Assembly: GCF_006345805.1 (NCBI RefSeq)
Contig: NC_043000.1
Location: 147,250,001-147,314,000 of the forward strand
Direction: 5' to 3'
Source: Octopus sinensis
Taxonomy: Eukaryota
Length of the DNA stretch: 64,000 nt
Made by a program: the position numbers and the translations under genes. Shown piece by piece: positions 41,710 to 56,600 of this stretch (its first letter is position 1; the number at the start of each line of letters is the position of its first letter). The notes below the pieces were generated by a model that was not told the origin of the DNA, ran no database searches, and saw nothing but the letters and a program-made list of their open reading frames with translations.

Positions 41710-41721
41710 TATGTATATATG

Positions 41722-41763
<42 letters not shown>

Positions 41764-42341
41764 TATATATTATATATATTATATATTATATATATATATA
41801 TATTATATATTTTGTTTGTGTGAGAGGGTGTAGATATTGGCACTCTCAACTGGCACCGAGATGAGACAGCCAATATGCATTATATATTATTTGTATGAAA
41901 AATCCTACGAGTTAAATTTTGCTCTTAATTCGCCTGAAGAAACGGTTTCTTTTTGCATAATGTAATTGTTTTGTTCATCAAGAAAAACGTTTGAAACAGC
42001 TGTAGTGAACCTCAGCCCATCACTTCTATTATTTATACTTCACCACACTCGGAATCTTCCTGCGTTGGATATTGAGCCTACAGTGGACAGCGGACTGTGT
42101 ACCGGAGTATACTCCTGTGTAACTTTACGTATACGGTGCGTATTTGTTTAATACTTGTGAATGTATGCGTAACTGGAAAGACAATTCTGTATTTACTTTA
42201 GTAAGTATATGAGCGTCCGAACACACTGTTAGTGCACAGGCATCTAACCAAACTCTAAATTGGTGCCTTTGTTATTAAAATACCTTGATTTTATTGGATC
42301 TTGAAAATTGTATATATATGTGTATATATATATATACATAT

Positions 42342-42388
<47 letters not shown>

Positions 42389-42452
42389 ATATATATAAAT
42401 GTTGTCAACCTTATCAACTTTGATCACTTTTGTTCCTCTTTGTCACTTTATC

Positions 42453-42670
42453 TTAGTTAGTTAGTTAATTTTTTGGCTCAAAAAGCAAAAAGCAAGGCCA
42501 TGTAGGGGGACATGGAGTTAAGTACAGGGTGGTGTTCATGTAAAGAGTTCAGGTCACTTGTGGTCAAGGGAGACTTTGAACCGAGCGGTCGTCGGCATCT
42601 TCACCATCTCGTCTGGCAGCTTATTCCAGGGATCCGCAACCCGGACGAAGAAAGCCCCTCTCCTTCGATT
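42453..42670 (-). mobile_element. CR1 3' end (same family as 30790)
   Basis: Near-identical 3' UTR and (TAAC)n tail. Confidence 0.9.
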
Positions 42671-43289
42671 ATCTCCTCTCATTTCTATGTTATGATATTG
42701 ATGTCAGTATTATAAGATAGATAAGTAAATTGCCAACGTTTTAAGAGTTCATATCTCGCCAAGATCAATTTTGCCTTTCATCCTTCTTGTATCAATAAAT
42801 AAAATACCAGTTTAGAGAAGTGACGTGAACAAACAGACACGTTGCTGTGTCGGTATTTGTTCCACCTTTTTCGCCTTCTGGTAGAAAACTTAAACCATCA
42901 CCGGCTTAACACCATCATGTGGGTTCCTTTAACAGGGTCCTTTTTTTTTCCAGTCACGTGGGTCAGCTCTTCCGGCTTGTGAATACCTTCCTGCCTCTCT
43001 CCCACCTCCCTCCTTTGTATCAGTCTCGTGTACACCTGAAAAGAGTCATCGCCATTTCTCTTCCTCCTAAGTACGAAATAAACATAACATGCATCACCAT
43101 TGGTCATCTATTACACCGATCTACAAGGCTTTTGGTGTTCAGGAAATAGACATCATTCCTATACAAAATCGGTCTCCTGAATCCAAATATAACCTTCTTT
43201 TTGACCTATTAGATCTAGATTTTAAGTTATTGAGCATCCTTATAGTCACTATGTATATGTGTACGTCCAGTATGCAGTGTTCGTTATCT

Positions 43290-45118
43290 TATTTTAATTC
43301 AAGAAAGTGTTGCGTTAATTCTCCAAATGTGTTTTGTTATGTTTGTGGAGAATACACATTACCTGAAAATCGAAAAAATATCACTGATTTTGTTGAAAGA
43401 GCGTATATGGCATATTTTGGGGTCAAACTGGGAGACCAAGATAAATATTGGGCACTGCATAGTGTCTACAAACAATGTACAGAACATTTGCGACAATGGA
43501 CGACTAGAGGGACAAGGAAAAGTATGAGGTTTGTCATATCAATGGTATGACGGGAGCCCTATAATCCCATGAGCGACTGCTATTTTTGTAACCTAAATTT
43601 GAAGAGTATTAACCGGAAAAATCGACAAACGTTTGTCTATCCTAATCTTGCCTCTGCTATTAGACTGGTTCCACAAAGTGAAGAGCTTCCTGTTCCTGTC
43701 TTCAATGACTTGCTTCAGATAACTTTACCCTCAGCCAAAGAAGATTCATTACCTGAATCTTCTTTTCTCCCAGGTAGAGCTGAATGATCTATTTCGTGAC
43801 TTGAACCTCAAGAAATTCTGCAGAACTGTTGATTTCCCGACTGAAAAAGAAGAATCTTCTAGAGAATGGTGTCCGTATAACCTTTTATCGGAGTCGGCAT
43901 GAAGAATACCTTTCTTTGTTCACAAAAGAGGAAGAGCTGGTTTACTGCAGAGATGTCAGTGGGCTTCTTAATAAACTTGGCATTGAGGAGTACAAACCAG
44001 ATGAATGGCGTATTTTCATAGACAGCTCTACGCGTAGTTTAAAATATGTATTGCTGCACAACGGAAATGTGTATGGCTCTATCCCACTCGGCCACTCAAC
44101 AACTCTGAAGGAAAAATATGAAGAAATTAAGTTGGTTTTAGAGAAGATACTGTATCATGATCATAAATGGGTCATCTGCGTTGACTTAAAATTGGTGAAT
44201 TTTCTCATGGGACAGCAATCTGGTTATACCAAATACCCATGCTTTCACTATGTTAAGAAAGATTGGCCGCCTCGAACAAATATGGCTCCATGTAGAGCTG
44301 CGAATATATTGGAAGAACCTTTAGTTGGACGAGGTAAGATCATTTACCCCCGCTTTGCACATAAAACTCGGATTGATCAAGCAATTTGTCAAAGCTCTTG
44401 ACAAAAATGGGGAGTGCTTCAAATATTTTGTAGTGTATTTCCTGACTTGACGATTGAAAAACTTAAAGCAGGGGTTTTTGATAGACCACAGATCTGTAAC
44501 CTCTTTAGGGACACAAATTTAGTGAAAATGATGAGCGAAAATGAAGCATCAGCTTGGCTACCTTTCGCAAAAGTAGTGCAAAATTTCCTTGAGAAATACA
44601 AAAGTGAAAACTATAAAGACCTTGTTACCAACTCGAAATCCACTTTTCGTGATATTGGCGCGAATAAGAGCATCAAAATGATCGTTTTCCTGAAAATCTC
44701 AGGGATGTTAGTGATGAACAAGGCGAACGATTCCATCAGGACATCGAGGAGATGGAAACTCGGTACCAAGGACGTTGGAACGCTGTGATGATGGCAGATT
44801 ATTGCTGGTATTTAAAACGAGATGTATTTAAAAGAAACGTAAATTTATTCCTTGAATTTTCTGCCAAAAATCTTTGCCAAGGTGCGTTTTCAATTTTGAA
44901 TTTTTATTTGTACTTTGCTTTGTTTTGTGTTACACTCACTTTATTGATTTAGATTATATGCCTCTTGTATGAATAAAATACTTAATCTATCAGGTCTAGC
45001 CAGAAAACAAGACCTGATAGAGAAAAACTCTATTTTTGAATTTAGCAGGAACAATCACTTAAAAATTCGTTGAAATATTCCAGGCACCAGACAAAAAAAA
45101 GTTTTTTGTTTACCAGTG
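43290..45118 (+). mobile_element. Decayed CMC/Chapaev3-like DNA transposon (transposase pseudogene plus right end)
   Basis: Across frames: CYVCGEY, DCYFC, FIDSSTRSLKYVLLHNGN, GYTKYPCF, LHIKLGL(I)KQFVKAL, SDEQGERFHQDI, RYQGRW..MADYCWYLKRD. Right terminus ..gttttttgtttaccagtg (reverse complement CACTGGTAAAC..). No left TIR found. Confidence 0.75.
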
Positions 45119-45134
45119 TTATTATTCCAAGTTT

Positions 45135-45717
45135 AAGTTGAAGAGTTGGCAGAATTGTTAGCAGGCCGGGCGAAATGCGTATCCGTATTTCGTCTGCCGT
45201 TACGTTCTGAGTTCAAATTCCGTCGAGGTCGACTTTGCCTTTCATCTTTTCGGGGTCGATTAAATAAGTACCAGTTACGCACTGGGGGTCGATATAATCG
45301 ACTTAATCCGTTTGTATGCCCTTGTTTGTCCTCTCTGTGTTTAGCCCCTTGTGGGTAGTAAAGAAATAGGCATTTCGTCTGCCGCTACGTTCTGAGTTCA
45401 AATTCCACCGAGGTCGACTTTGCCTTTCATCCTTTCGGGGTCGATTAAATAAGTACCAGTTACGTACTGGGGTCGATATAATCGACTTAATCCGTTTGTC
45501 TGTCCATGTTTGTCCCCTCTGTGTTTAGCCCCTTGTGGGTAGTAAAGAAATAGGTATTTCGTCTGCCGCTACGTTCTGAGTTCAAATTCCGCCGAGGTCG
45601 ACTTTGCCTTTCATCCTTTCGGGGTCGATAAATTAAGTATCAGTTGAATACTGGGATCGATGTAATCGACTATCTCCCTCGCCCAAATTTCAGGCCTTGT
45701 GCCTATAATAGAAAGGA
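45135..45717 (+). mobile_element. SINE family B trimer with mixed tails
   Basis: One head and three bodies; TSD ttattatt(c/t)caagttt at 45119-45134 and 45718-45733. Confidence 0.88.
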
Positions 45718-46690
45718 TTATTATTTCAAGTTTGTCTCTAATTCTTAGTCCAATGCGTTAACACTTTCTTTTACATCAACAATTTCTTTTATTATTATTT
45801 CCCGCCAGCCCATCTCATAAATCTGAATTGGTCGAGTCAGTAGTCATCAGACCTGATCTTATAATTCTGCCCAGCTCCCAAAACCTAAAATTATTATCGA
45901 TTACCACAACTACAAATTCAGACGAGTAATAGTATTGCGAAATCTAATAATACAGACAGAATTCTCAAATAACATATCTGATATACAAGTTGTTCCAAAT
46001 GAAACTACTATTAGTAGTAATAGGATAAATTTACAAAGTTAATAATGATGGCATTTACTATTTAACATCAAAATTTTAAAATGAAAAAAAAAAATGACTT
46101 TATTCCAAATAAGAAAATGAAAAAAATTATAGTACTGAATATTTAATAAATTGTTTTTATTGTTGTTGTTGTTGTTACTGTTGTTATTATTACTGTTTTT
46201 TTTTACATAGTGACTGTTGTTATTTTGCAAATGATGTTTGTTGTTCTACTTGTTAACATTGTTATTGATAAGATCTTAAGAAATTGTTTTGTTTGAAGTC
46301 TTGGTTAGGTAATTATTTCGTTTCTTCTGGCACTTTTGATTTTCTTAGTCATTTTAACAACTGCTTCTTGTTCTTGTTCTTGTTATTGTTGAAGTTGTTG
46401 TTGTTTATCTCTGAGATAGCATTAATCGAACAGACTTATAATCAAAGAAGTTCCAGCCGTGACCATTCCATCTTTTTTATATAACTATATTGTCCGTTAT
46501 GTAGACCCCCCATATTTTCGAGAACAAGGTTTCGTCTGGGGAAGATTTAACCGTTATTTCTAAGGAGCCAAGCAATTGTGTAGATTCTTTAATTGGCTTG
46601 ATTAACCACTGTTTCTTGTGGGGGTTTTCCTTTTTACCGAAAACAATCGATCAAACCCACGATCAAAGGTAGTCCAGCTGTGATCGTCCC

Positions 46691-46925
46691 CTGTTTTTAA
46701 GAGTATGAAAGACTATATAATCTAATGTATCATTTCATTATTTAAAATTGTAGAATGAGATGTGAGGGATATTTGGCTGTTATTTTTCGCAAGTACGAAA
46801 AAGCTGTTTTTAAGAGTATGCAAGACTATATAATCTAATGTATCGTTTCCTTATTTAAAACTGTAGAATGAGATGTGAGGGGTATTTGGCTGTTATTTCT
46901 CACAGATCAAGCAACTACGAAAAGG
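46691..46925 (+). repeat. About 113-bp tandem duplication within an old repeat
   Basis: ctgtttttaagagtatg..atttggctgttattt occurs twice. Confidence 0.85.
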
Positions 46926-48491
46926 CTATTCGTTGTTGACTTGCAGCTAGTACATTAAAAACAAGTCTTAATTGAACGGTTCCATCCAATCTCTCTTATC
47001 TGTTCTCCTACAGAGTGCTCTCTGTTCCTCTGAAAATTCCCTTACCCAAACCTATTAGATGTATACAACAATCCATTTTCTCTCATCCCTTGCAATTTGT
47101 TTAAAATCACTTCCGAATATCCTTAAAATTTTTTTGCCTAATCTTTCATCTGTCTCCCAAGGGTATACTCTTCTGTAATACTTTTCACTTAATCCGAGAT
47201 CCCTTTGTAATCATGTGTGTCTAACTTTCTATCATGCTATCGCTCACTAAGAGGACTAATATCTTTTTCTCGTAGCATATTTGCTTGTAGTTAGCTTTTA
47301 ATACTCAATTTTTTTACTAAATGTATCAATACTAACTTAGTTTACATGTAAATTGTATTACGGTTTATTTAATTTCCACCAAAAATTATTTTTTTCCACG
47401 CCAATAGAATGTACACACTAGTATATTTTACTTAGTGGTTCTATCATTTATACTACATCGCAAACACATTAGAGGCTACACATTACCGATGAAGTTAGAA
47501 TAAAATGGAAACGATACCTTGAGTTGTTTCCCCGTATTTACAGGGAAAATAAAAACATCATCATTGTGTAATATTTTTACGCCAAATTTTTAACAATTTC
47601 TTTTAAATTAATAATCAGCAAGTGGAATTAATAATAATTGGCATTCAATATTTGCAGCAGTAGCCAAGTTCCCAAAAGCAAAACAAAAAGCTGAATTTCT
47701 TTTTCCATAAAAATTACCAATATTGTCTCTCATGCTACAACTTAAAATTAATAGTTGCAAGACATAACTTAGGTTTAATCTTGATTTTGTCTACGTTTTT
47801 TTTTTTTTATTATTATTTTTACTGAGGTAGTAGCATATAACTTAGGCTTAATCTTGTTCTCTTCTTTTTTTAACTCAAATAGAAGCCAAATTATTATGGT
47901 TGAAATAATTTCTCTCTTCAAAATAAAACATATTTCGTTGCCTGAAAATCAAATTTTCTCTTTATAAGAAAATAGACCTCAGAGAATAAAAGCAATTCTG
48001 AAACAATGGTAACTATTCTTCCTGATAAATTACAACATAATTTTCTCCATCAGTCACTTCTAAATTTCCAGCATAGACACAGTTACTTTATTTTTTTACA
48101 GACATGACAGAAGATATTCGAAGAGGAATAATAATGGTTTCTTAGATTAGCACAAGGTCATTAATTTTGAAGGTGGGAAACAGTCGACTAAATTTCTCCT
48201 AGTTCTTGACTCGTACTTAGTTTGTTGTTCCTGTAATGATGAAATGCAAAGTGGAAGCAGACGAAGTTTGAATTGAGAACAATAATAATAATAATAAATT
48301 CTTACATAGGAGTTCGGCTAAAAATTTGGAGGAAAAAGTTAGTCGATTAGATTGCTCCGAGTATTTGACTGGCACTATATTTTATCAATCCTAAAATTAT
48401 GTAAAACGGATGATTTCAATTCAGAGCGCAAGAAGTTGCAGCAAATATTGCAAGGCATTTTATCTGGTACTCTAAAGAATCTACCAGTCAG

Positions 48492-48713
48492 TTTACTCCT
48501 TTACTCCTTTACTTGTTTCAGTCATTTGACTGTGGCTATGCTGGAGCACCGCCTTTAGCCGAGCAAATCGACCCCAGGAGTTATTCTTTGTAAGCCTAGT
48601 ACTTATTCTATCGGTCCCTTTTTGCCGAACTGCTAAGTTACGGGGACGTAAACACACCAGCATCGTTGTCAAGCGATGTTGGAGGGGGGACAAACACAGA
48701 CACACAAACATAT

Positions 48714-48791
<78 letters not shown>

Positions 48792-48953
48792 GACGGACTT
48801 CTTTTAGTTTCTGTCTACCAAATCCACTCACAAGGCTCTGGTCGGCCCGAGGCTATATTGGAAGACACTTGCCCAAGGTGCCACGCAGTGGGACTGAACT
48901 TGGAACCATGTGGTTGGTAAGCAAGCTACTTACCACACAGCCACTCCTACGCC
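48492..48953 (-). mobile_element. SINE family A
   Basis: Full head and tail. Confidence 0.9.
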
Positions 48954-49810
48954 TATAGTTCTCACTTTTGCGGAATCATAAAGACTTCTAATGTGTATCG
49001 CGACAGTGGATGAATAATACTCTTAAGATTATCATTTACTTTTCCGCGACTAATTCTACGTCTTCTAGCTAACCCAATTCTAGATCAAATTAAATGCGAT
49101 CCCAGTGTTCCGCTACATTTTGAGGTATCATAAATGAAAATTGGTTGGGGTAAAAAAAAGTCACTATAAAATATATGTTCAAAAATGGAATAGTAATACA
49201 TATATGCAAATTCTAATCAGTATAGTTTCCTTATGATTTAGTATTCTTGTTTTAATTACACTTAAATAAAAATTACTCTTCAATAAAAATTCGAATGATA
49301 GAAACCTAATTCTGTAAACCTCATCAAAAGTGATGCATTAAAAAAAAACATGAGGAAAAAGTGATCAAATATGAATAAGAGTAAGACCCACATTCTTCTA
49401 TAAACCACATTTCTGTTATTCAAAATAAACATTTGGTATAATTGTATGCTTATCTGAAAGATTTCAATGAAAAGAATTTATTTCTGTAAACCAAGTTAAA
49501 ATTGGAGCAGAAGAAAAACAAAGGGGCAAAAAGTGGTCAAATTGGAATGAGAAAAGGGCCTAAATTTGTTCAAACAATCATAGCTTGCTCATTCTAGGAA
49601 AAATAGAAAACTTTCTTTAAATATCTAGTGAAAATCGCATACAATTTGATACTGTAGATAAGAAACTTCTGGTACAAAAAGCGATCCAACTTGAGGAATA
49701 CCATTAATAAATTTTGTAAGATTGGAAACCTTGTAATTAGACTTTAAGCGTACAGAGAAGAAGGGAAGTGTTGCACTTGTTTCAAATTTTAACTGGTTTC
49801 AGTTTAGTTC

Positions 49811-49860
<50 letters not shown>

Positions 49861-50061
49861 ATTTGGCTCAAAAGCAAATAGCAAGGCCATGTAGGGGGAC
49901 ATGGAGTTAAGTACAGGGTGGTGTTCACGTAAAGAGTTCAGGCCACTTGAGGTCAAGGGAGACTTTGAACAAAGCGGTCGTCGGCATCTTCACCATCTCG
50001 TCTGGCAGCTTGTTCCACGGATCCGCAACCCGGACGGAGAAAGCTCCTCTCCTTTCGGTTT
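49811..50061 (-). mobile_element. CR1 3' end (third copy) with long (TAAC)n tail
   Basis: Near-identical to the other two copies. Confidence 0.9.
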
Positions 50062-52779
50062 AGTTCCATCTAGGTATGTTTTTTGGGAAGGTATGGGTTT
50101 GTGTGGGTTTTTGGAAGGTAGTGTTGCATACGCTAAAAGTTATGCGATTTTCCAATATTTTAAAAATTATATAAATAAATCATACTTGGAGAGCGAATTT
50201 TAGATGTAATAAAGTTAGCTCTTTAGGTGCAAATTTCAAGTGAGAAAAATGGTGGTTTTAGGTGCAAAACACGTCGTTTTTCAGTGCGATCGTTCGATTT
50301 AAGAAGAAATAAGTGCGGGATTGGAAATGAAATAAAAGCCTAGAATGTACAGGGATAAACTTCGCTAATTTGAGTAAGCGAAACGAATAAGTAAATGCTT
50401 AAAAGTAGATTATTAAATGTCAGTATTATGGATTTCTGTTTTTTATTTGTCAATAGTTTTATTGAGTTAGCTTTTGAAGGAGCCATCATTGAAAATAAGG
50501 CATTTTTAATATCAAAAAGATTATACTTGGTAAAGTCATTGCAAATTGATAACTCATTTCGGAAAAGAAAGAAAAATAATATCCGGGTTCTTCAAGGGCA
50601 TTTTTTATAATTTACCTTTTGTTAATATATAAAATTTACCTTTTGACGATAGATTAAACTTCTAAAAGGAAAATTTTGGGGCGTTTGTGTTTTTTTTTTT
50701 TTTTATCTTTGCCTCAACAATTATTTTTGTCTGTAAAACACGTTTCTGTAAAAGGAGTGTACAAAAGGGGAAAATGCAGACACAGGAATGATAACATTCT
50801 TAATTAAGTGAAATGGAAAAGAAAAAGTCTAGAAAAAGTGGAAACTCAAAGTGCTAAATGAATATTGTTAGACTCGAACATACAAAACCCGATAACTGCA
50901 GCTGGCATGTTGATTTTGTGCCACCTATGGAGCAAGAAGTCGGCAATTTATATTTTCTCACCGGTAATATTTCTGGTAAGCTTAATTTTCAGCGAACTAT
51001 AAATAGATGCTTTGGAAAGGCGCAGGTCACACTTGTATAGAGTTAAGTCACCGAAAAATTGATATCCTACGTTTACAAAAAGAAAGTCACAGAAGGTATG
51101 TGTAAGCGATTAGCTTAATCCGGGCTTGATATTTATTTTAGCAATCCAAGAAAAATAAAAGACTAAGTCGACACCATCAGGATTTGAACGCAGAGCATAA
51201 AGATAGGAAATAATGTGGCATTCCATCTGATACTCTACAGGTTCTTCTCCACTCCTCACCACCCGCTGATGTTTCTAGAATTGAATTAGTGTTTCATTAG
51301 CTTGCAGAGCCAAGCTCAAATCAAGGCATGAACCAAAACGTCAACTTCAATAATTTCGGTTATTGAGTTAATGCGTTGTTAGTGACAATGTTAAAGCCTC
51401 TACAGCTATTGTCCTTACCTTTGCTGCAGTTTCATGACAAAATTTGTTTATCATTGGAGTCGTAGCAGGTCAAGTATAATTATTTCTATCCGAAGAAAAT
51501 GCGTTTAACAGCACGTTTAAATGGTTTGGAGACCTGACTACGACGTCTATCGAAATAGTTGTTGCAAATTTGTAGGCTCTATTGGAGAATTCTATAGTGA
51601 AACTGTTCTGGAGCAGAGGGATTGGTTTTAATACAGAATATCATATGAATAATACAGTATGAGAAGCTAAAATAAGATCGGATGTTACCGAGATGTTGCT
51701 GCAGATAAGCAAGCCCAGGGAAGTGAGCCAATATTTTGTTGACAGCTTTTGGTGGGCTATTCCGATATTCTTACATTCTTTTACTCACGTTCGTCTTCTT
51801 CCCTCATCTTTCGCCTTTCTTCTTTCTCTCATTCTCACTCCCACTTCCTTATACACAAACACACGCATCACCGCCATCACCAACAAGGTACACCAAATAC
51901 TTTATAGCAAAGCAGGAAATATAACTTTCCATATAGATCTATCGTATGTGAGATATGAAATCTTCAATCTTGAAACCTTCAAACATTTGCCGGAAACGCA
52001 AACCACATAAATATATTTTATGATATCAGTTTAGAATTACGTCTCCAAGGCTGAGCTTCAAATTTCGATTGTGTTACGAAGCTTGGCTTTTGAATATCAC
52101 AGTTGTAATATTAAGCTTGCAAATGTGTGCACTGGTGCATATGACTGCAATTGTGAATATCCATATCGGTGTTCGCTAACGGAAAAATCTGAAAACTTGA
52201 TTTGTACATTGGCAGTATCGGAAGGATTTAATATTTCAAGTCATGTTAAGCCAAATGAACCTGCCTCGTGACAGAAACGATAAAAGGACATCAAGAGAAA
52301 GCAAAATTAGGTTGGTTGTAATGCAAACCCTTTAAATGACATGTAGTGATAAGTGGTTGAGCCAATGCATCTTTTGAAAGCTACATATAAAACACGTCCT
52401 TCTTACATGTATATTTCGGTTACGAAATAATTACATTGACTGTTCCCCGGTGGACGAAATTTGCCAAATGAAAAAGAATCTTTAAATGTCTATTTTTAAA
52501 AGCAATTATGTCATATTTAAGCTATTTAATCCTCTGAAGACAAGCGTGCTTTAATAAGTTTGCAATATAGATATATTTCTTTCTAGCTATGAATGGCATG
52601 TAAATAGACTTTATCCTTTTTATTAAAAACTAGTAAGCTATTTAGGCTATTCAAATACCAAATTGATTCTATGTTGTCATATATATATATTTCAATCCGA
52701 ATAATCAGATATGTCTATAAATTTTATGGTAGCTGAAAGACAATGTTTCTTCGTTTTAGATAGAACATACTAACGATTT

Positions 52780-52803
52780 AATATATATATATATGTGTAT
52801 ATA

Positions 52804-52846
<43 letters not shown>

Positions 52847-53433
52847 ATATCTAATATATACATATATATATACATATATATATACATATATATATATATA
52901 CATACATATATTATACATATATATATATACATACATATATATACATATATATACATATATATATACATACATATATATACATATATATATACATATATAT
53001 ATATACATATATATATACATATATATACATATATATATATACATACTATATACATACATATATATATACATATATATATACATATATATATACATATATA
53101 TATACATTTATATATACATACATATATATATATAATACATATATATATATATAATATATTACATAATATATATATACATATATATATACATATATATATA
53201 CACATATATATATACATATATATACATTAAATACATATATATATACATATATATATTTACATATATATATATACATATATATACATATATATAATATACA
53301 TATATATATACACTATATATATATATATACATACATATATACATATATATATACATATATATATATATATACATAATATATACATATATATATATATACA
53401 TAATATATATATATTATATATATACATATTATA

Positions 53434-53467
<34 letters not shown>

Positions 53468-53582
53468 ATATATATATACCTATATATATATATATATATA
53501 ATATATATTACATATATTATAATATACATATATATATATATAATATACATATATATATATTATATATATATATATATAATAT

Positions 53583-53625
<43 letters not shown>

Positions 53626-53650
53626 AATATATATTATATATAATAAAATT
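52780..53650. repeat. About 870-bp (TA/CA)n block
   Basis: Directly visible. Confidence 0.95.
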
Positions 53651-54638
53651 AATGAAATTATTCACAAGATTAATTTATATATATATTCCGTCAACTCGAG
53701 AAATACTTCTTTTAATTCTTTGTGCTTTGCGACAGGAATGAGAAGAACATGGAAGATAAAATTGCTCCAGAATGTTGAACAGTAAAATAAATAAATGTGC
53801 AATTTTACAATATAATGTCAAATAATAAAGAGTGTGCTTCTATGTTGCAACAGAATTATCCTAATTAAGAGATAAGCTGATGAAGTATTTTAGTCACTGA
53901 CTTTATACGTTAATCTAAGAAAACGAAGGCATAGCTGTGTTGTTTCGAAGTTCACGTCGAACCCACTGTATGGTCTCTTTGGCGAGTATCCTCTACAATT
54001 GCTTTGGATTGACCATAGCCTTGTGAGCGTAGTTGAAGACTGTTAGATCGACCGCTCTTATCCTTAATCTGCACACAGCTTAGCGCCACCATCTATGTCC
54101 CTAATGAAGCTCACTCTGCTGAAAACATTCAAACCAGGCCTTTAGTCTGATAAAAGCTTCCTCCGTCCCGTCCATCCTTCCACAAGTCAAGGCCCTGAAA
54201 AGAGTTATGAACGCTGTCCTTTCTACTTTGACTAAGCCATTAAAAAATGGACTGTTTCTTTTATGTCCCGTGATAATTTTAGTTATAAGTTTATCATGGG
54301 AGATATTTAGCTACAATTAGCCAATCGTTTAAAATTCATATTCGAAAATGTTTTATGAGAGAAAATAAATACATAAATAAACGTGTGAGTGGTGTGGTAA
54401 ATTGTTTGACTCATTTTAATGACTTCGTTTGAGTAAGAAAGGCAGCACCCATGACCCTTTTCAGAACCGCTATGACTGGTGAGGAGCTTGCCCTTAAACT
54501 GAAGACCTGACCTGAATGCTTGCAACAGAGCAGATGCCGCTAAAATTGATTTCTAATTTTGACACAAGGCCAGCAATTACGAGGGTAGGAATAAGTCGAT
54601 TACGTCGACCCCAGTGCTCAACTGGTACTTATTTTATC

Positions 54639-54865
54639 GGCGATTTGGCAGAATCGTTAACACGCCAGGCGTAATGCTTAGCGGTATTTCGTCTGCCGTT
54701 ACGTTGTGAGTTCAAATTCCGCCGAGGTCGACTTTACCTTTCATCCTTTCGGGGTCGATAAATTAAGTACCAGTTACGCACTGGGTCGATGTAATCGACT
54801 TAATACCTATGTCTGTCCTTGTTTGTCCCCTCTATGTTTAGCCCCTTGTGGGTAATAAAGAAATA
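54639..54865 (+). mobile_element. Young SINE B inserted into an older, opposite-strand B-related SINE (about 54560-54998)
   Basis: 15-bp TSD ggtacttattttatc at 54624-54638 and 54866-54880; the host reads continuously across the insertion. Confidence 0.9.
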
Positions 54866-55289
54866 GGTACTTATTTTATCCACCAAGAGAGGATGAAAGG
54901 AAAAGTTGACTTCGGTGGTGTTTGAACTCAGAACGTAAAGACGGGCGAAATGCCACTGCGCACTTTGCTCCACATCCTAACGATTCGGCCAGCTCGCCAC
55001 AAGGAAGCCACTAAAATTACCAACGGGCAAAGTAGCGCTTTTAAAGAAAGTGACGGATGAAATACTACCACGTCGCAAGAGTATCAGTAAAGGTTTCGCT
55101 TTCATATAGTGTTCTTACACATAACAGCTGAAAGTGGGTTATTTTCTGTACTGTGCCATACCTCTTCCAAGCTTATTCCTTTGTCTAAAGTTGACCAACG
55201 TCCAGTATTTCCCCTTTGGCTTGCGACGCTAGCAAAGCATAAGTTGCACTTAATGATAATATTTTTCTCAATGGTATTTTAAGTTCCCA

Positions 55290-55506
55290 AAGGCGGCGAG
55301 CTGGCAGAAACGTTAGCACGCCGGGCGGAATGCGTAGCCTTATTTCGTCTGCTGTTACGTTCTGAGTTCAAATTCCGCCGAGGTCGACTTTGCCTTTCAT
55401 CCTTTCGGGGTTGATAAATTAAGTACCAGTTACGCACTGGGGTCGATGTTTGTCTGTCCTTGTTTGTCCCCTCTGTGTTTAGCCCCTTGTGGGTAGTAAA
55501 AAAATA
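55290..55506 (+). mobile_element. SINE family B
   Basis: Imperfect TSD ggtattt(t)aag(t/c)tccca at 55273-55289 and 55507-55522. Confidence 0.88.
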
Positions 55507-56029
55507 GGTATTTAAGCTCCCATTTTCACTTCAGAAGCTGTAACTGGCAATGTTTCTAAATGACCCCGAGTCTTTCTTTATCTTTTTTTGCTGTTTATCT
55601 TTCTAATATTTTTAAATTTTGTTTTTGTTATTTTAACTCAAAAACAGATTTTTAAAAAATCTTGAGGCCGTGTTCTCTATTATCAATTTTGTGGTAAGCT
55701 TCTGTTTCTGTTACCTCAGAGGTGACCAAAGGAAACAAATATAATGAACAAAGTAAAATGAATATGGTGGCTGCAATAAACAAAGTTAAACGGGTGTTTG
55801 CAAGCACAAAAATATATGTTGAATGCAAAGGACTAAAGCCGTTTCTTCTTTCCTATATCCGCAGGAAAATGGGTGGTCGGTTGAATATTGGGAAGCCTTT
55901 TATGGATAAGATTTTTTTTTTCTCTCCCGAAAACGTATTCCTGCAGAAAAATATCTTCTAAACGAAACATTATGAACACACGTGAGCACACGGTAAACAA
56001 CAACAACAATAACACCAATAACGTATATG

Positions 56030-56036
56030 TATATAT

Positions 56037-56088
<52 letters not shown>

Positions 56089-56536
56089 TATATATTATAG
56101 TATAATATATATATATATAATATATATATATATAAGTACATATGTATATGTGTATATATATGTATGTATATGTAATATATATATATATATGTATATTATA
56201 TATATGTATATATAGTATATATATATATGGTATATATATGTATATATATACATATATATATATATATATGTATATATATACATATATATATATATACTAT
56301 ATATACATAATATATACATCTATATATATATATATATATATACATATATACATATATATATGTAATATATATATATATATATATATTATGTAAATATATA
56401 TGTATATATATATGTATATATATATGTATATTGTGTATATGGTATGTGTATATGTTATATTATGTGTGTGTAATATATATGTGTATATATATGTATATAT
56501 ATATGTTATATATTATATAATGTATATATATATATC

Positions 56537-56574
<38 letters not shown>

Positions 56575-56600
56575 TAGAGAGAGAGAGAGAAAGAGAGAGC
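56030..56600. repeat. (TA)n/(GA)n block
   Basis: Directly visible. Confidence 0.95.

Noticed and set aside
50872-50975. Candidate 104-nt exon (ag|..|gtaagc)
   Set aside because: Weak polypyrimidine tract and no recognisable protein motif.
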